This document shows, in pieces, positions 10,059-20,428 of a stretch of DNA of 64,000 nt (its first letter is position 1; each line of letters starts with the position of its first letter). Under the pieces are notes generated by a model. It ran no database searches, was not told the DNA's origin, and saw nothing but the letters and a program-made list of their open reading frames with translations. This stretch comes from an uncultured Methanolobus sp. (GTDB lineage: Archaea; Halobacteriota; Methanosarcinia; Methanosarcinales; Methanosarcinaceae). The stretch lies in NCBI GenBank assembly GCA_963675495.1, contig OY776215.1, positions 800,001 through 864,000 of the forward strand. The letters are read 5' to 3'. The position numbers and the translations under genes are program-made.

Positions 10059-10720
10059 TTTAACACATCCCTGGAAGCAGAACTACCATTATCGTCAAGG
10101 TTTTCATGATTAACATTATCCAGCTTTGCCATATCGGAAGGAATATTTATGTTGACAAAACTCTTAAGGCCTTTGTCTATTTTTTTCATCGCATCAGCAT
10201 CCATGTACAGAACATCGTCCAGAGAAGATACTGGAGCAAGTATGTTCCTGTACCCTTCATGAATAGCATTTTCAATTGCCATCAGCATCTTATCTTTGTG
10301 ATACACAGAATGCAACGGCTCCTTTGTACCATACTCACTAATGGGTATCAATGCATCGTGCTCTTCCACCATATCGAACATCATACCAATCAACTGTCCA
10401 TTAAGAAATGGCATGTCACATGCTACTGTAAAAACGTAGTCACCACAGGCTTCCTCAAAACCCGCAAGCATTCCTGCAAGTGGACCTGCATTTCTAATCT
10501 TATCTATTGCAACTTTTCTGTCTCCGAGATATTCAGAGAATTGCTGCACCTGCTCACTATCCCTCAGAGACACGATAACCTCATCAGAAACTTCATCCAG
10601 AACAGCAAGTGTACGTTCCAGCAATGTGTTGTCCTGATACACCATCAACGCTTTTTCCCTGCCATTAAGACGGGCTCCTAAACCACCTGCCAGCAGTAGT
10701 GATGATCTTTTCATAATCAT
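10055..10720 (-). CDS. mobA: Molybdenum cofactor guanylyltransferase
   Basis: LLAGGLGARL..EKA, GPLAG, ACDMPF, EPLHSVY, FVNINIP. Confidence 0.9.
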   Translation of the reverse strand: MIMKRSSLLLAGGLGARLNGREKALMVYQDNTLLERTLAVLDEVSDEVIVSLRDSEQVQQFSEYLGDRKVAIDKIRNAGPLAGMLAGFEEACGDYVFTVACDMPFLNGQLIGMMFDMVEEHDALIPISEYGTKEPLHSVYHKDKMLMAIENAIHEGYRNILAPVSSLDDVLYMDADAMKKIDKGLKSFVNINIPSDMAKLDNVNHENLDDNGSSASRDVLN

Positions 10721-10753
10721 TGACCTCTTATTTTCCAGATTCAGGCATCTTCA

Positions 10754-12733
10754 CTATACAAGCCCTCTTCTGCGTTCACTCTTATACTCTTCCAGAATGG
10801 ACTGGACTTGTTTATGTTCTTTTTCCTTGCGTCGCTCATCGGCTCTTTTTTGCCATTCTTCTATGGCATCCTCAAGTATTCCGGGTTCTACAGAGGCAAG
10901 GTCACCAATGAGATGAATCTGTACATCTTTTAATACGGGAACATTGCCGTCATAAAAATATTCAAGTGCTCCGTGTGGCATGTCTTCACGTATGATAACT
11001 GCCCTGACCTTCGCTTCAACCAGCAATGAAGCCGTTACAGGACCTCCACCACTTGGATCTTTCAGGTAAATTACATCATTTTCCCTGATGCCATAAAGCT
11101 CAATAGTATGCTGTATCGCTTCCCGCGTGAACGACGAGATGACCTTTACCGGAAGCCCCTCACCCCTTACTTCTTTTTTGCGTATCTGCTTGAGGCGTTT
11201 GTTTTGTTTGCGCTGGTTACGCAGGGATTTCTTCGTTTTGCCAAGCTCTTTGTTGAGACGCTCTATTTCATTGTCCCTTATATGTATCTCTTTTTCCCGC
11301 CTCACCTGACGATAAATTGAATTTTTGACCTTTTTGATACGCATTTCCAGTTGCTCAACAAATCTTTCCTTTTGTACAGCCTCGTATTTGAGTTCAGAAA
11401 CATAATCTTTGAGCTGTTTTATCTGGGAATTCCTATTCCTGAGCTCCTCACGCATTTTCTTTATTTGTTCATCCACATCGGCAGGCTCTTCTTTTGGCGT
11501 TTCTGCCTCCGGCTTCATTCTAATCTTTATCCTTGACTCGGATGCAACCTTTTCAATGGCCTCATCTATGGACTCACCGTTTATCACATGGAACTTTATA
11601 CTGTCAAGATCAAGATATTTAGGAGCTCTCTTCCCGACCTTCGAAAATACATTTTTGTATGATTTATATGCGGATAATGCTGCAGTGAGTGAATCACGCT
11701 CATGGTCATTGGAATATCCGAATTGTCTGGCAATTGCTATCTTTTCCTCTGCCCTTATCTCGCCACCTGGGGTCCAGATAACTGCACTGAAACTGCGGCG
11801 TATTTTTTCGACGGCTGATGGAACTGGATAGACATCCGTGGCTACAAGTATCGGTTTACCATATTCAGCTAGCACCCTGACAACCTCATCATGTGAAATA
11901 CCGCGCGTGCTATCAGAAAGAAGCAGCTCTCCATCAAGGGAGATTATAGCAATTCCTACGGTTGTGCCGGGGTCTATGCCGACTATAGTATATTTACGTC
12001 CTGCTTTTTTGATAGGTATGTACTGTATCTTATCCCTTTCAACATTTTTGACAGTGACCTGTGCATCAGCATTTGCAGATGGTTTTACCGGCACAAGCTC
12101 ACGTCTAGCATTTACAGTATATTCAGCCCTGACGTAGCCACCAAAACCTTCGGTGATGTGTTCGGAATAAGTAAAACCCGTTTCCCGGGAGAACTGGCGC
12201 AGGGCGCTCTCGACCTCCCGGCTCTTTTCCCTGACAGCCCCATGGACTTTCCTTCGATAGCGGTTCTGGCTCCAGCCACCCCTGCCAAGTGAACGGGCAC
12301 GACTTACTTTTATGCGAGTGATGTCTTCAAAAAGAGATACCTCAACACCTACTCCAAGACTTGCAAGAATTGCGCATGCTTCAGCTTCCTGATTAGGGTC
12401 CAATTGATTGAAAGAGAGACCATGCTCTTTTGCCAGACGAAGCAGGGATTTCTGGTGAATACCACCGGTGACCTGCACCAGTTTTGTATTACCAGGGAGT
12501 TTTTCAAGAAAACGTATTAACTCCCGCTTATTTGCCGCAAGCTCAAAAATATTATCAACTGCAATATAATCAGGCCGGTCCTTGTTCAGCATACGGAGTA
12601 TCCTGTGTAACCGAACCATTGTGTAATGGTTTATCTCGCCATCCCTGAGAACGGCAACGGCATATCTGGGAACCTCCTGTGCCCTGGAAGAGCCTTTTGC
12701 TATGTCAATGCCGTATATGACACCGTTTTGCAT
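10754..12733 (-). CDS. DUF460 family protein (RNase H-like domains plus coiled coil)
   Basis: GIDI, SLGRGGWSQNRYRR, IVGIDPGTTVG, NDHERDSL, long coiled coil. Confidence 0.85.
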   Translation of the reverse strand: MQNGVIYGIDIAKGSSRAQEVPRYAVAVLRDGEINHYTMVRLHRILRMLNKDRPDYIAVDNIFELAANKRELIRFLEKLPGNTKLVQVTGGIHQKSLLRLAKEHGLSFNQLDPNQEAEACAILASLGVGVEVSLFEDITRIKVSRARSLGRGGWSQNRYRRKVHGAVREKSREVESALRQFSRETGFTYSEHITEGFGGYVRAEYTVNARRELVPVKPSANADAQVTVKNVERDKIQYIPIKKAGRKYTIVGIDPGTTVGIAIISLDGELLLSDSTRGISHDEVVRVLAEYGKPILVATDVYPVPSAVEKIRRSFSAVIWTPGGEIRAEEKIAIARQFGYSNDHERDSLTAALSAYKSYKNVFSKVGKRAPKYLDLDSIKFHVINGESIDEAIEKVASESRIKIRMKPEAETPKEEPADVDEQIKKMREELRNRNSQIKQLKDYVSELKYEAVQKERFVEQLEMRIKKVKNSIYRQVRREKEIHIRDNEIERLNKELGKTKKSLRNQRKQNKRLKQIRKKEVRGEGLPVKVISSFTREAIQHTIELYGIRENDVIYLKDPSGGGPVTASLLVEAKVRAVIIREDMPHGALEYFYDGNVPVLKDVQIHLIGDLASVEPGILEDAIEEWQKRADERRKEKEHKQVQSILEEYKSERRRGLV

Positions 12734-12765
12734 ATAGTTTCTTTTATGGCATTAATGTAATATAT

Positions 12766-13662
12766 CTATGACTCCAGACCATCTTTTATCTGCGATATGA
12801 CCGCGCCTAAATCCATTTTGATGTTGTATTTGCGCTTGAAGTGTTTGAGCACGTTGGATACATCCCTTTCAAGCAACTCATCTGCATGAGGATGGCTTGT
12901 TTCAACGCACTGTGGCCAGTCGATGAATTGCACTCCACCTTCTATAACGAAGATGTTGTACTCGCTAAGGTCAGAATGAATATAACCTTTTTCATAAACT
13001 ATGCCTACCTGCCTGATGATCTCGTCAAGGAACCATTGCGGTTCTGCAAGTTTTGTCCTGTACAGAAGAGTACCTTTTGCAACGTCCATGACAAGAGCAT
13101 GCCGATTGTTGTCAATTAACTCAGGAACTGAAACATCAGGATGTAGTGTCCTGATAATCTCTGCCTCTCTTTTTGCAGCAAGTCTTGCAGCATATATCCA
13201 TGAGAAGTGCTCCTTGCCCTCAAGATGAGAACGTGATCTTTTGACACTCTTAAAACTGGTCCGTCCTTCCCTGTGGAATTTCAGAATAACGCCCTTAGGC
13301 TCGCCCAAACCAAGTTCGGGTTCTTTCACAGCCTCATGGACTACGGATTCCTTACCTACACCTATCTCATCACCAATGGCACTGATGGTTCCTCTTTTTA
13401 CAAGAGTATTAAGAGCAAGTGTATCGTAACCATCGAAGTATATCTGGTAACCTTCGTATGGCTGGTTGGTCGCAATGACCATATTATTCCTTATAAGAGC
13501 TTTCATCTTATACACAAGAGAAGAATACGGCAAGCGAGTGAACTTCATTAACTCCTCTACCGGCACCCATTCAAAATTCCTCATGCCTATCTCAATACCG
13601 GTGAGTATGCGCAGATCCTTGCTATCCATTTGCTTGAATAACTTCACGACATCGTCTATCAT
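12766..13662 (-). CDS. rio2: RIO2-type Ser/Thr kinase
   Basis: N-terminal wHTH, IGVGKES, KFHREGRTSF, IHSDLSEYN, IDWPQ. Confidence 0.92.
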   Translation of the reverse strand: MIDDVVKLFKQMDSKDLRILTGIEIGMRNFEWVPVEELMKFTRLPYSSLVYKMKALIRNNMVIATNQPYEGYQIYFDGYDTLALNTLVKRGTISAIGDEIGVGKESVVHEAVKEPELGLGEPKGVILKFHREGRTSFKSVKRSRSHLEGKEHFSWIYAARLAAKREAEIIRTLHPDVSVPELIDNNRHALVMDVAKGTLLYRTKLAEPQWFLDEIIRQVGIVYEKGYIHSDLSEYNIFVIEGGVQFIDWPQCVETSHPHADELLERDVSNVLKHFKRKYNIKMDLGAVISQIKDGLES

Positions 13663-13865
13663 TTGCTTTGTAATTACCGGGATGGTTTAGATTGTTTGTG
13701 GTAGATTGGAGTTGAGACATGAATATTATTTGATATCGGTTTTAAAAGCTCCAATTTTGCTTTATCTATGTAGGTATCTTCAACACCTATAAAAACGATG
13801 AAGTAAGAAAATACAAATAATAGATAAATTATTTTAATGGGGGTTAAAATATCAAACTTTGCACA

Positions 13866-14381
13866 TTGATTATCTTATTTTTTTTAGTAGCAAACATATG
13901 TATCGTTTCGGCAGCATATGAGAATTCAGAATATGCTGAGATATTCCGGCAAGAGACCGGGGTCGAGCCACATATTATCGAAATACAAGGAAACAAAACG
14001 GCATTAACCGTAGATGAAACGCGTGATTTTTTTGCTCAGACTCGTCATGTAACATCAAAATATATGCATCCTGATAATGGTTCTATTGTAAGCTATGGTT
14101 ATCATTTTTCATCAGGATACTTTACCGTTAAATTTTTGGAAGGATCTGAAGTTAATGCATCTATCATTGATGAGATATACAAAGCACAAGAAACTGAAGG
14201 TCAGAAAATAGGAATTCAAGACGTTGGCGTAGTTTTTCAATATTCTGAATTACCAATGACGCATGAAGAACAAACAGATACAGAAGATGGGATTGATAGT
14301 GAAAATAACAACCCAATTCCCGCTTTCTCAGCTTTGACACTGTTGCTAGTATTCTCAACACTAATGTGGTTAAGAAGATAA
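13866..14381 (+). CDS. Secreted surface protein with PGF-CTERM-like anchor
   Basis: N-terminal hydrophobic signal; C-terminal IPAF + TM helix + RR; start codon uncertain (TTG). Confidence 0.65.
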   Translation: MIILFFLVANICIVSAAYENSEYAEIFRQETGVEPHIIEIQGNKTALTVDETRDFFAQTRHVTSKYMHPDNGSIVSYGYHFSSGYFTVKFLEGSEVNASIIDEIYKAQETEGQKIGIQDVGVVFQYSELPMTHEEQTDTEDGIDSENNNPIPAFSALTLLLVFSTLMWLRR

Positions 14382-14431
14382 TAAATGCTATAAGTATCCG
14401 TTTATAAAAGTGAAGGTCATGGTGGAATTGA

Positions 14432-15616
14432 TTAACCAAATTTCCCCCAGGCTTCTTCCTCAACTCGCCTGATAACCTCTTTCAGCGGCAGCCCTACCAT
14501 ATCAGCAACCTTGCGGCAATCCTCATACTCAGCAGAGATGTGTAATATCTCACCTGTCTTGTCCTGCGCTATCTTTACGGCACTTGTAAATTCCTCGCCC
14601 TTAAGCAGAATTGTCACTTCATCCATCCTGCGGTCAGCCACAAAACGATGGACTGTAGGAATCACACGTATCCCAAGGGTGCCGGTTTCCTTCATTATCT
14701 CTCTGGCAACCTGTTCACTGTTCTGTGACTTGGTTATAACCTTGATTATATGACCGGACCTGCCCTTTTTCATAATTGTGGGTGTGATGGCAACATCCCT
14801 TGCACCCGCAGCAAGCAGTTTGTCAAACAGGTTCCCCAGAACCTCACCGGTTACATCGTCCACATTGGTTTCCAGTACCTCGATCTGGTCCTTTGTCAAC
14901 ACGTCGTCAACTTCTATGAGCATACTGCGTAGCACGTTAGGATCTTCAGTGTCAGCATCTCCCGCCCCATAACCTACGGAAAGGACCTTGCCTTTGGGAA
15001 GATTATCAATGGGTTTTGCAAAATAGGATAACAAGGCAGCACCCGTGGGAGTCAGGAGTTCACGGTTTCCAGAGCCATATGAAAGCAAGTCACCTGACCT
15101 TAGAATCTCCAGAGTTGCAGGTGCGGGCACAGCCATGGTACCATGTGCGGCTTTTACCCTTCCACCACCTACATTCACAGGAGTACAGAATATAGAATCA
15201 ACTCCCAGCTCATGGATAGCAACACAGGAACCAATCACATCAGCAAGAGCATCGTTCTGTCCGACCTCGTGGAAATGAAGTTTTTCCATTGACTCTCCGT
15301 GAACTTTTGACTCGGCCTCTGCCATGATGGCAAAGACATCAAGAGCACTCTTTTCAACCTTTGGAGAAAGCCCGGCTGACTTTATGATATCCACAAGCTC
15401 ATGGTAATGCCGGGAATGTTCCTCATGTGGCACATTTATATGTACATTAACTGCATCGATACCTTTCTTATTAGCCCGGTCCACAGAGACTGACACATCA
15501 ACGGCAGATTCAATTATTTCGCATATACTTGCCCTGTCAGCACCAAGACTGATAAGACTTCCAAGTATCATATCTCCGGCGCCACCTGAGAAAGGATCGA
15601 ATATAAGGGATCTCAT
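14432..15616 (-). CDS. larC: Nickel pincer cofactor biosynthesis protein LarC
   Basis: GGAGDM, HFHEVG, AHG..VPAPAT, ELLTPTGAA, LETNVDD, MKKGR, ETGTLGIR. Confidence 0.93.
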   Translation of the reverse strand: MRSLIFDPFSGGAGDMILGSLISLGADRASICEIIESAVDVSVSVDRANKKGIDAVNVHINVPHEEHSRHYHELVDIIKSAGLSPKVEKSALDVFAIMAEAESKVHGESMEKLHFHEVGQNDALADVIGSCVAIHELGVDSIFCTPVNVGGGRVKAAHGTMAVPAPATLEILRSGDLLSYGSGNRELLTPTGAALLSYFAKPIDNLPKGKVLSVGYGAGDADTEDPNVLRSMLIEVDDVLTKDQIEVLETNVDDVTGEVLGNLFDKLLAAGARDVAITPTIMKKGRSGHIIKVITKSQNSEQVAREIMKETGTLGIRVIPTVHRFVADRRMDEVTILLKGEEFTSAVKIAQDKTGEILHISAEYEDCRKVADMVGLPLKEVIRRVEEEAWGKFG

Positions 15617-15673
15617 TTTATCTTATCCTAATTGAATGCTCATTATTTCAGACATGAACTTCAAAATTACCTT

Positions 15674-16459
15674 TTATTTTTTAGCGGTGCTGTTCCTTGC
15701 TTCAGCAACCCTGTTAGCTATCCTTGCGGCAAAAGCACCGGCAACAAATCCCGCATCGATATTCACAACAGAGAGTACGGAACATGATTGTAGCATAGAA
15801 AGCAGGGCAGCCTCACCCTTTGCACCGGCACCATATCCTGTGGATACCGGCAGACCTATAACAGGGACATCCACAAGACCCGAAACAACTGTGGGAAGAG
15901 TTCCTTCTCTTCCTGCAGCCACGACAATGGAATCCGGTTTATTCTCCTGCAATGTCTGCATTTCGCCGATTAGCCTATGGAATCCCGCAACACCGACATC
16001 ATAAATAGCAATGGTATCACACCCCATCTCTGATGCCACCATTCTGGCCTCCTCCGCAGCATCGATATCAGCAGTACCGGCAGTAATTATTGCAACAACA
16101 CCACCTGTGCGGAGCGCAGGCGTGCCGTTATGGACCACAGCAGCGGTCGAGTGAAGATTCCATTCAAGTTCTTCAGGTTTGAAACTGGAGAGCAGCAATT
16201 CCCTGTGTTTATCACCAAGTCTTGTGATAAGCACCCTGCCTGTTGCAGCTACCTGTGCCTTTGCGATCTCCACAACATCTGCCGGCTCCTTGCCCTCTGC
16301 AAGTATCGCCTCCATTATACCTGTGCGATGCTTGCGGAAGATATCAATTTTAGCAATGTCACTGACAGGAACATAACCCATGGAACGTATCATGGATTCT
16401 GCGGATTCCATGTCCGTTTCATTGTTCTTCAGCTTATTTAGTACGCTTTTAAGATCCAT
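15674..16459 (-). CDS. larB: Nickel pincer cofactor biosynthesis protein LarB (PurE-like)
   Basis: EAILAEGK, TAGTAD, DVGVAGFHRL, AGREGTLP, PVSTGYG, VVNIDAGF. Confidence 0.93.
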   Translation of the reverse strand: MDLKSVLNKLKNNETDMESAESMIRSMGYVPVSDIAKIDIFRKHRTGIMEAILAEGKEPADVVEIAKAQVAATGRVLITRLGDKHRELLLSSFKPEELEWNLHSTAAVVHNGTPALRTGGVVAIITAGTADIDAAEEARMVASEMGCDTIAIYDVGVAGFHRLIGEMQTLQENKPDSIVVAAGREGTLPTVVSGLVDVPVIGLPVSTGYGAGAKGEAALLSMLQSCSVLSVVNIDAGFVAGAFAARIANRVAEARNSTAKK

Positions 16460-16542
16460 TTTTATCCACACCTATGTTAGCTGAACTGATATTTAAGAGT
16501 AAACAGAAGAAATGAATAGAAAACTATAATATAGATAAAATT

Positions 16543-16767
16543 ATGTTGAACTCTATGGAAGGACCACTTGGGAAAATATACAGCATGCCAACCGCAGTAT
16601 TGCTGGCAATAGGCATGGTTTTAAGTGCTTTTCTTTTCTACAGCCTTATGAAGGCAGCAGAGAACGGAAACGTGTTGATGGTAATACTTCTTGCAGTAGC
16701 AATATCAATTGTAGCTTTTGTAGTTAGCAAAGCAATTAAGATACAAAAAATGAAAGAATTTGAATAA
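16543..16767 (+). CDS. Small two-TM membrane protein
   Basis: Two hydrophobic helices; fills the intergenic gap. Confidence 0.65.
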   Translation: MLNSMEGPLGKIYSMPTAVLLAIGMVLSAFLFYSLMKAAENGNVLMVILLAVAISIVAFVVSKAIKIQKMKEFE

Positions 16768-16784
16768 TTAATGAAATCAACAAA

Positions 16785-17204
16785 TCACTTCATTTTTCGT
16801 CTTGATTCTTCAACTTCATCAACTATCCCAGGGTACTCTTTGAACATAGAAAGTATGTCAAGAGCTGCAACAAGATCCACAACACCGATTGCACCAATGG
16901 CTTCTCCCCGAACAGTCCTTATAGGAGTGACTACAACTGACTTTCCCCTATATGTACCATCTTTGGGCACGGTCCTGATCATGTTGTTGGTCCGGATAAC
17001 TTCTTCCAGAATCGGACCTGTGTAGTCCCGGTCAATTATCATTCCCCGCTCCATTCGAATTCCCTTGAAATTAAGACTGCGAATAGTTATTGGGATCCCC
17101 AGAAGAGTATGCACTGCAATTGCTATCGGTTCCAGGTCATCTGCCGTGGAATCAGGGCATATTTTTAGACAAATGACACCATTAGATTCTTCATCGCATA
17201 TCAT
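16785..17204 (-). CDS. DUF2111 family protein
   Basis: DYTGPILEEV, G.YRG..VVVTPI, AIGVVD; GAGGTG RBS. Confidence 0.75.
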   Translation of the reverse strand: MICDEESNGVICLKICPDSTADDLEPIAIAVHTLLGIPITIRSLNFKGIRMERGMIIDRDYTGPILEEVIRTNNMIRTVPKDGTYRGKSVVVTPIRTVRGEAIGAIGVVDLVAALDILSMFKEYPGIVDEVEESRRKMK

Positions 17205-17237
17205 TTTAAACTCACCTCGTTAATTGAATTGACAAGA

Positions 17238-18155
17238 TCATGATCGATCGAATTTTGCAGATGTAATGTGTTCGTGTGCAGATATGGCTGCTACAGCACC
17301 ATCGGAAACAGCCGTTACAACCTGCCACATTGAAGTTCGCCGGCAATCACCTGCTGCAAATATTCCACTAACAGAACTCTCCATCCGCTCATTAGTCTCA
17401 ATAAAACCTGCATCTATCTTGTTAACATCCACCATTGACGTATTAGGATCGATGCCCACATAAATGAAGACACCATCAATGTTCATTTCAGTTGTTTCAT
17501 CCGTTTTTACATTTTTCAGGACAACTTTGTCGACGAGTTCCCTGCCTTTTATTTCTTTTACTACAGTGTCCCATATGAAAGTTATATTCTCTTTGTCAAA
17601 CACCCTTTTCTGAAGTATGGAGCATGCCCTTAGTTCATCACGCCTGTGGACCACATAAACTTTACTTGCAATATCCGAAAGAATAAGAGCATCTGTGACG
17701 GCAGATTCACCGCCACCGACTACGATCACTTCCAGACCTCCATAGAATGGGCCATCGCATGTAGCACAATATGAAACCCCTTTTGTGAGAAATTCTTCCT
17801 CACCGGGAACTCCAAGATGTCTTGGATTTGCGCCGGTTGCAACTATCACTGCAAGAGCTTCAAGTTCACCATCATCTGTTACGACAACTTTCCGGTCAAC
17901 TTCATCCCTGACTGTCTTCACACCAGTGACCTCTACCTTCACCCCTGTGTTTTCTGCATGGTCTTTGAATTTCTGCATCAGTTCCATCCCTGATATCGAG
18001 GAAAAGCCCGGATAGTTCTCCACCCTGTCAGCTGTGGATATCTGGCCTGGAACTACGTTCTTTTCAAGTACAATTGTATCAAGACCATAACGGACAGCAT
18101 ATATAGCTGCAGTTAGTCCTGCGGGACCTCCACCTATAATAATGAGATCGTGCAT
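17238..18155 (-). CDS. trxB: Thioredoxin-disulfide reductase
   Basis: GGGPAG, ENYPG, CATCD, VHRRDELRA, AAGD. Confidence 0.95.
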   Translation of the reverse strand: MHDLIIIGGGPAGLTAAIYAVRYGLDTIVLEKNVVPGQISTADRVENYPGFSSISGMELMQKFKDHAENTGVKVEVTGVKTVRDEVDRKVVVTDDGELEALAVIVATGANPRHLGVPGEEEFLTKGVSYCATCDGPFYGGLEVIVVGGGESAVTDALILSDIASKVYVVHRRDELRACSILQKRVFDKENITFIWDTVVKEIKGRELVDKVVLKNVKTDETTEMNIDGVFIYVGIDPNTSMVDVNKIDAGFIETNERMESSVSGIFAAGDCRRTSMWQVVTAVSDGAVAAISAHEHITSAKFDRS

Positions 18156-18160
18156 GCTGA

Positions 18161-18409
18161 TCAACTATCATCACAAACATTGCTGGTCTTTTCTTTGTCG
18201 GGAACTCCCACAAAGGCAACCTTATCATCAATGATCGTTGTAGGTATTGAACGGATATTGAACTTTTTTGCAAGCTCTTTCCCTTCAGGAGTGTCCAATT
18301 CCACTTCCTCGTACTCAAAATCACACTGTTCTTTCAAGTCACGCCACATTTTCTTTGCAGTTGGACAAAAATGACACCATTCAGAATGGACTAAAGTAAC
18401 CTTTACCAT
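18161..18409 (-). CDS. Thioredoxin/glutaredoxin-like protein
   Basis: WCHFC active site, cis-Pro motif SIPT, FVGVP. Confidence 0.9.
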   Translation of the reverse strand: MVKVTLVHSEWCHFCPTAKKMWRDLKEQCDFEYEEVELDTPEGKELAKKFNIRSIPTTIIDDKVAFVGVPDKEKTSNVCDDS

Positions 18410-18575
18410 ATTATTCCACACTCCTTTTTATTGGTCGTTATTCTATTAGCTAGTAGAGTATATCAAATTAATGACTGTAAAAAGTTAATTTGCACTGTTA
18501 ACCTGGTTTATATAAGTTAATGTGTTTTTGAAAAAGTATATGACTAATAAACAATATTTATAATGATGAGGAATA

Positions 18576-19274
18576 ATGATGGCAAGATATTCTATTGATG
18601 AATTTGTAAAAAGCACAGGTCAAAAAGACCTTGGACAAGGAAAATTCGAGCTTGAACGTGACAGGATGCTGGAAGTCAATCTGAACGGGAGGGTATGGAT
18701 GAAAAGAGGAGCAATGGTTGCATACCGCGGGGATGTAAAATTCACAAGGGAAGGAGTGCTTGAACACGGCCTTGGAAAGTTCATGAAAAAAGCCGTGACC
18801 GGAGAAGGAGTTTCCCTTACAAAAGCGGAAGGCAACGGAAAGGTATACCTGGCAGATAGTGGAAAGAAGATATCCATACTGAACCTGAACAACGAGTCAA
18901 TATACGTAAATGGTAATGACCTCCTTGCCTTTGAAGAGAGCATCAACTGGGATATCAAAATGATGAAAAAGATAGGAGGCATGATGGCAGGCGGACTTTT
19001 CAATGTTAAACTGGAAGGCACCGGAATGGTGGCTATTACAACCCACTATGATCCCCTGACCCTCATGGTGACAAATGACCAACCAGTGTTCACTGACCCA
19101 AATGCAACTGTTGCATGGTCTGGAAACCTGACGCCGGATATTAAAACAGATATTTCCCTGAAGACCTTTGTGGGCAGGTCAAGCGGTGAAAGTGTACAGA
19201 TGGCCTTTAAGGGAGAAGGTTTCGTTGTGATACAGCCTTATGAAGAAATACCTTATGTCGCTCCGGTGGCATAA
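18576..19274 (+). CDS. AIM24 family protein
   Basis: [36 protein letters not shown]. Confidence 0.88.
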   Translation: MMARYSIDEFVKSTGQKDLGQGKFELERDRMLEVNLNGRVWMKRGAMVAYRGDVKFTREGVLEHGLGKFMKKAVTGEGVSLTKAEGNGKVYLADSGKKISILNLNNESIYVNGNDLLAFEESINWDIKMMKKIGGMMAGGLFNVKLEGTGMVAITTHYDPLTLMVTNDQPVFTDPNATVAWSGNLTPDIKTDISLKTFVGRSSGESVQMAFKGEGFVVIQPYEEIPYVAPVA

Positions 19275-19288
19275 TCACTTCTTATTTT

Positions 19289-20002
19289 TTAGCCTTTTGT
19301 GATGCACTCGTACCTCACATCAGCTCTTTGAATCTCAGGTACATCACCCCAGAATCCCATATACTCACCCTGGATAACAATAGCACCTTTTATTCCTGAA
19401 ACATCTTTCATCACATCAAATGAAAGCTCAACAGCTTCTTTTCCAACCTCGGTGTTATTTCCAAGAGCTGTGGCTGCCGAATCTGCCAACGAGACATTAT
19501 CTGAGAAAACAATTGCCGCATCAGCCATCCCAAAACTTATAGAAGGACCGACACTACCTGAAGAAGTGCACACACCCGTTATAGAATCACGGGGTTCTAT
19601 CACAAAACCGAGGTCCTTTAAAGGGGAATTGCCCGCGTATATACCCATTAGCACCGGACGATCGTTGATGATTGCGATATCCCCGCCATTATCCACCATT
19701 GCAAAGCTTGCGCCTGCACCTACCATCGATTCTACCGCAAGGGCAGAGATCGTACCGGCAACTGCACTCATAGGACCTATACCCATTGCGTTTCCAGCTT
19801 CAACCATTCTCCTCACAACTTCGGGAAAATCACCATCCAGGTCATATTGTTCCAGAGTACTCTGGAAGAACGGGTCGGAAGAAATATAGGATTCCAACTC
19901 CCTGCGATGTATCCTTATGGCTTCACGGGCTACTTCGATGTAGGATGAAGAGTCAGCCTGAATAGTCACAATGGTTTCTTTCAACCTGAAATGTTCTTTC
20001 AT
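19289..20002 (-). CDS. UPF0280 / ApbE-like protein
   Basis: [36 protein letters not shown]; start taken at MKEHF. Confidence 0.88.
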   Translation of the reverse strand: MKEHFRLKETIVTIQADSSSYIEVAREAIRIHRRELESYISSDPFFQSTLEQYDLDGDFPEVVRRMVEAGNAMGIGPMSAVAGTISALAVESMVGAGASFAMVDNGGDIAIINDRPVLMGIYAGNSPLKDLGFVIEPRDSITGVCTSSGSVGPSISFGMADAAIVFSDNVSLADSAATALGNNTEVGKEAVELSFDVMKDVSGIKGAIVIQGEYMGFWGDVPEIQRADVRYECITKG

Positions 20003-20033
20003 AATAAAATAATAAAAAAAGTAAAAAGATGTA

Positions 20034-20426
20034 TCACCTGTTCTTTCCAAGTGACAGGGCATTGTGAGGACACATATCGACACAGGTTCCGCACTGGATA
20101 CATTTTGATTCGTCCACAACTAAACTGAACACATCATCCATTGAGAATACTTTGGTCGGGCATACAGACATGCATGCACCGCATTCCACACATTCGTTTT
20201 CATCCCACTTGATAGGAACATTTAGTTTTGTGACCTTAGCCCCTTTGCTGGTTAGTGATTTGCACATTTGGTCAAATTTATCTTCATCCACATCAGCGAC
20301 GACCTCACCGCAAGAACGGTCAAAATGTGCCTGGGAGATGTTCAGCAGGACCCCTGTCTCAAGTATCGATTCTGCCATAATGGGCTTTGTGATTATATCA
20401 CTTGAAATATTGATCTTGACTTTCAC
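20034..20426 (-). CDS. NIL domain / 2x[4Fe-4S] ferredoxin (homocysteine biosynthesis partner)
   Basis: N-terminal NIL-like domain; [12 protein letters not shown] and [12 protein letters not shown]. Confidence 0.88.
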   Translation of the reverse strand: MKVKINISSDIITKPIMAESILETGVLLNISQAHFDRSCGEVVADVDEDKFDQMCKSLTSKGAKVTKLNVPIKWDENECVECGACMSVCPTKVFSMDDVFSLVVDESKCIQCGTCVDMCPHNALSLGKNR

Positions 20427-20428
20427 AT

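Noticed and set aside
20003-20119. N-terminal extensions in the ORF track (UPF0280 from 20119; likewise trm5 from 52449, serA from 35926, surface protein from 28683)
   Set aside because: They overlap upstream genes or promoter regions and lack family similarity; downstream ATGs fit family N-termini and RBS positions better.
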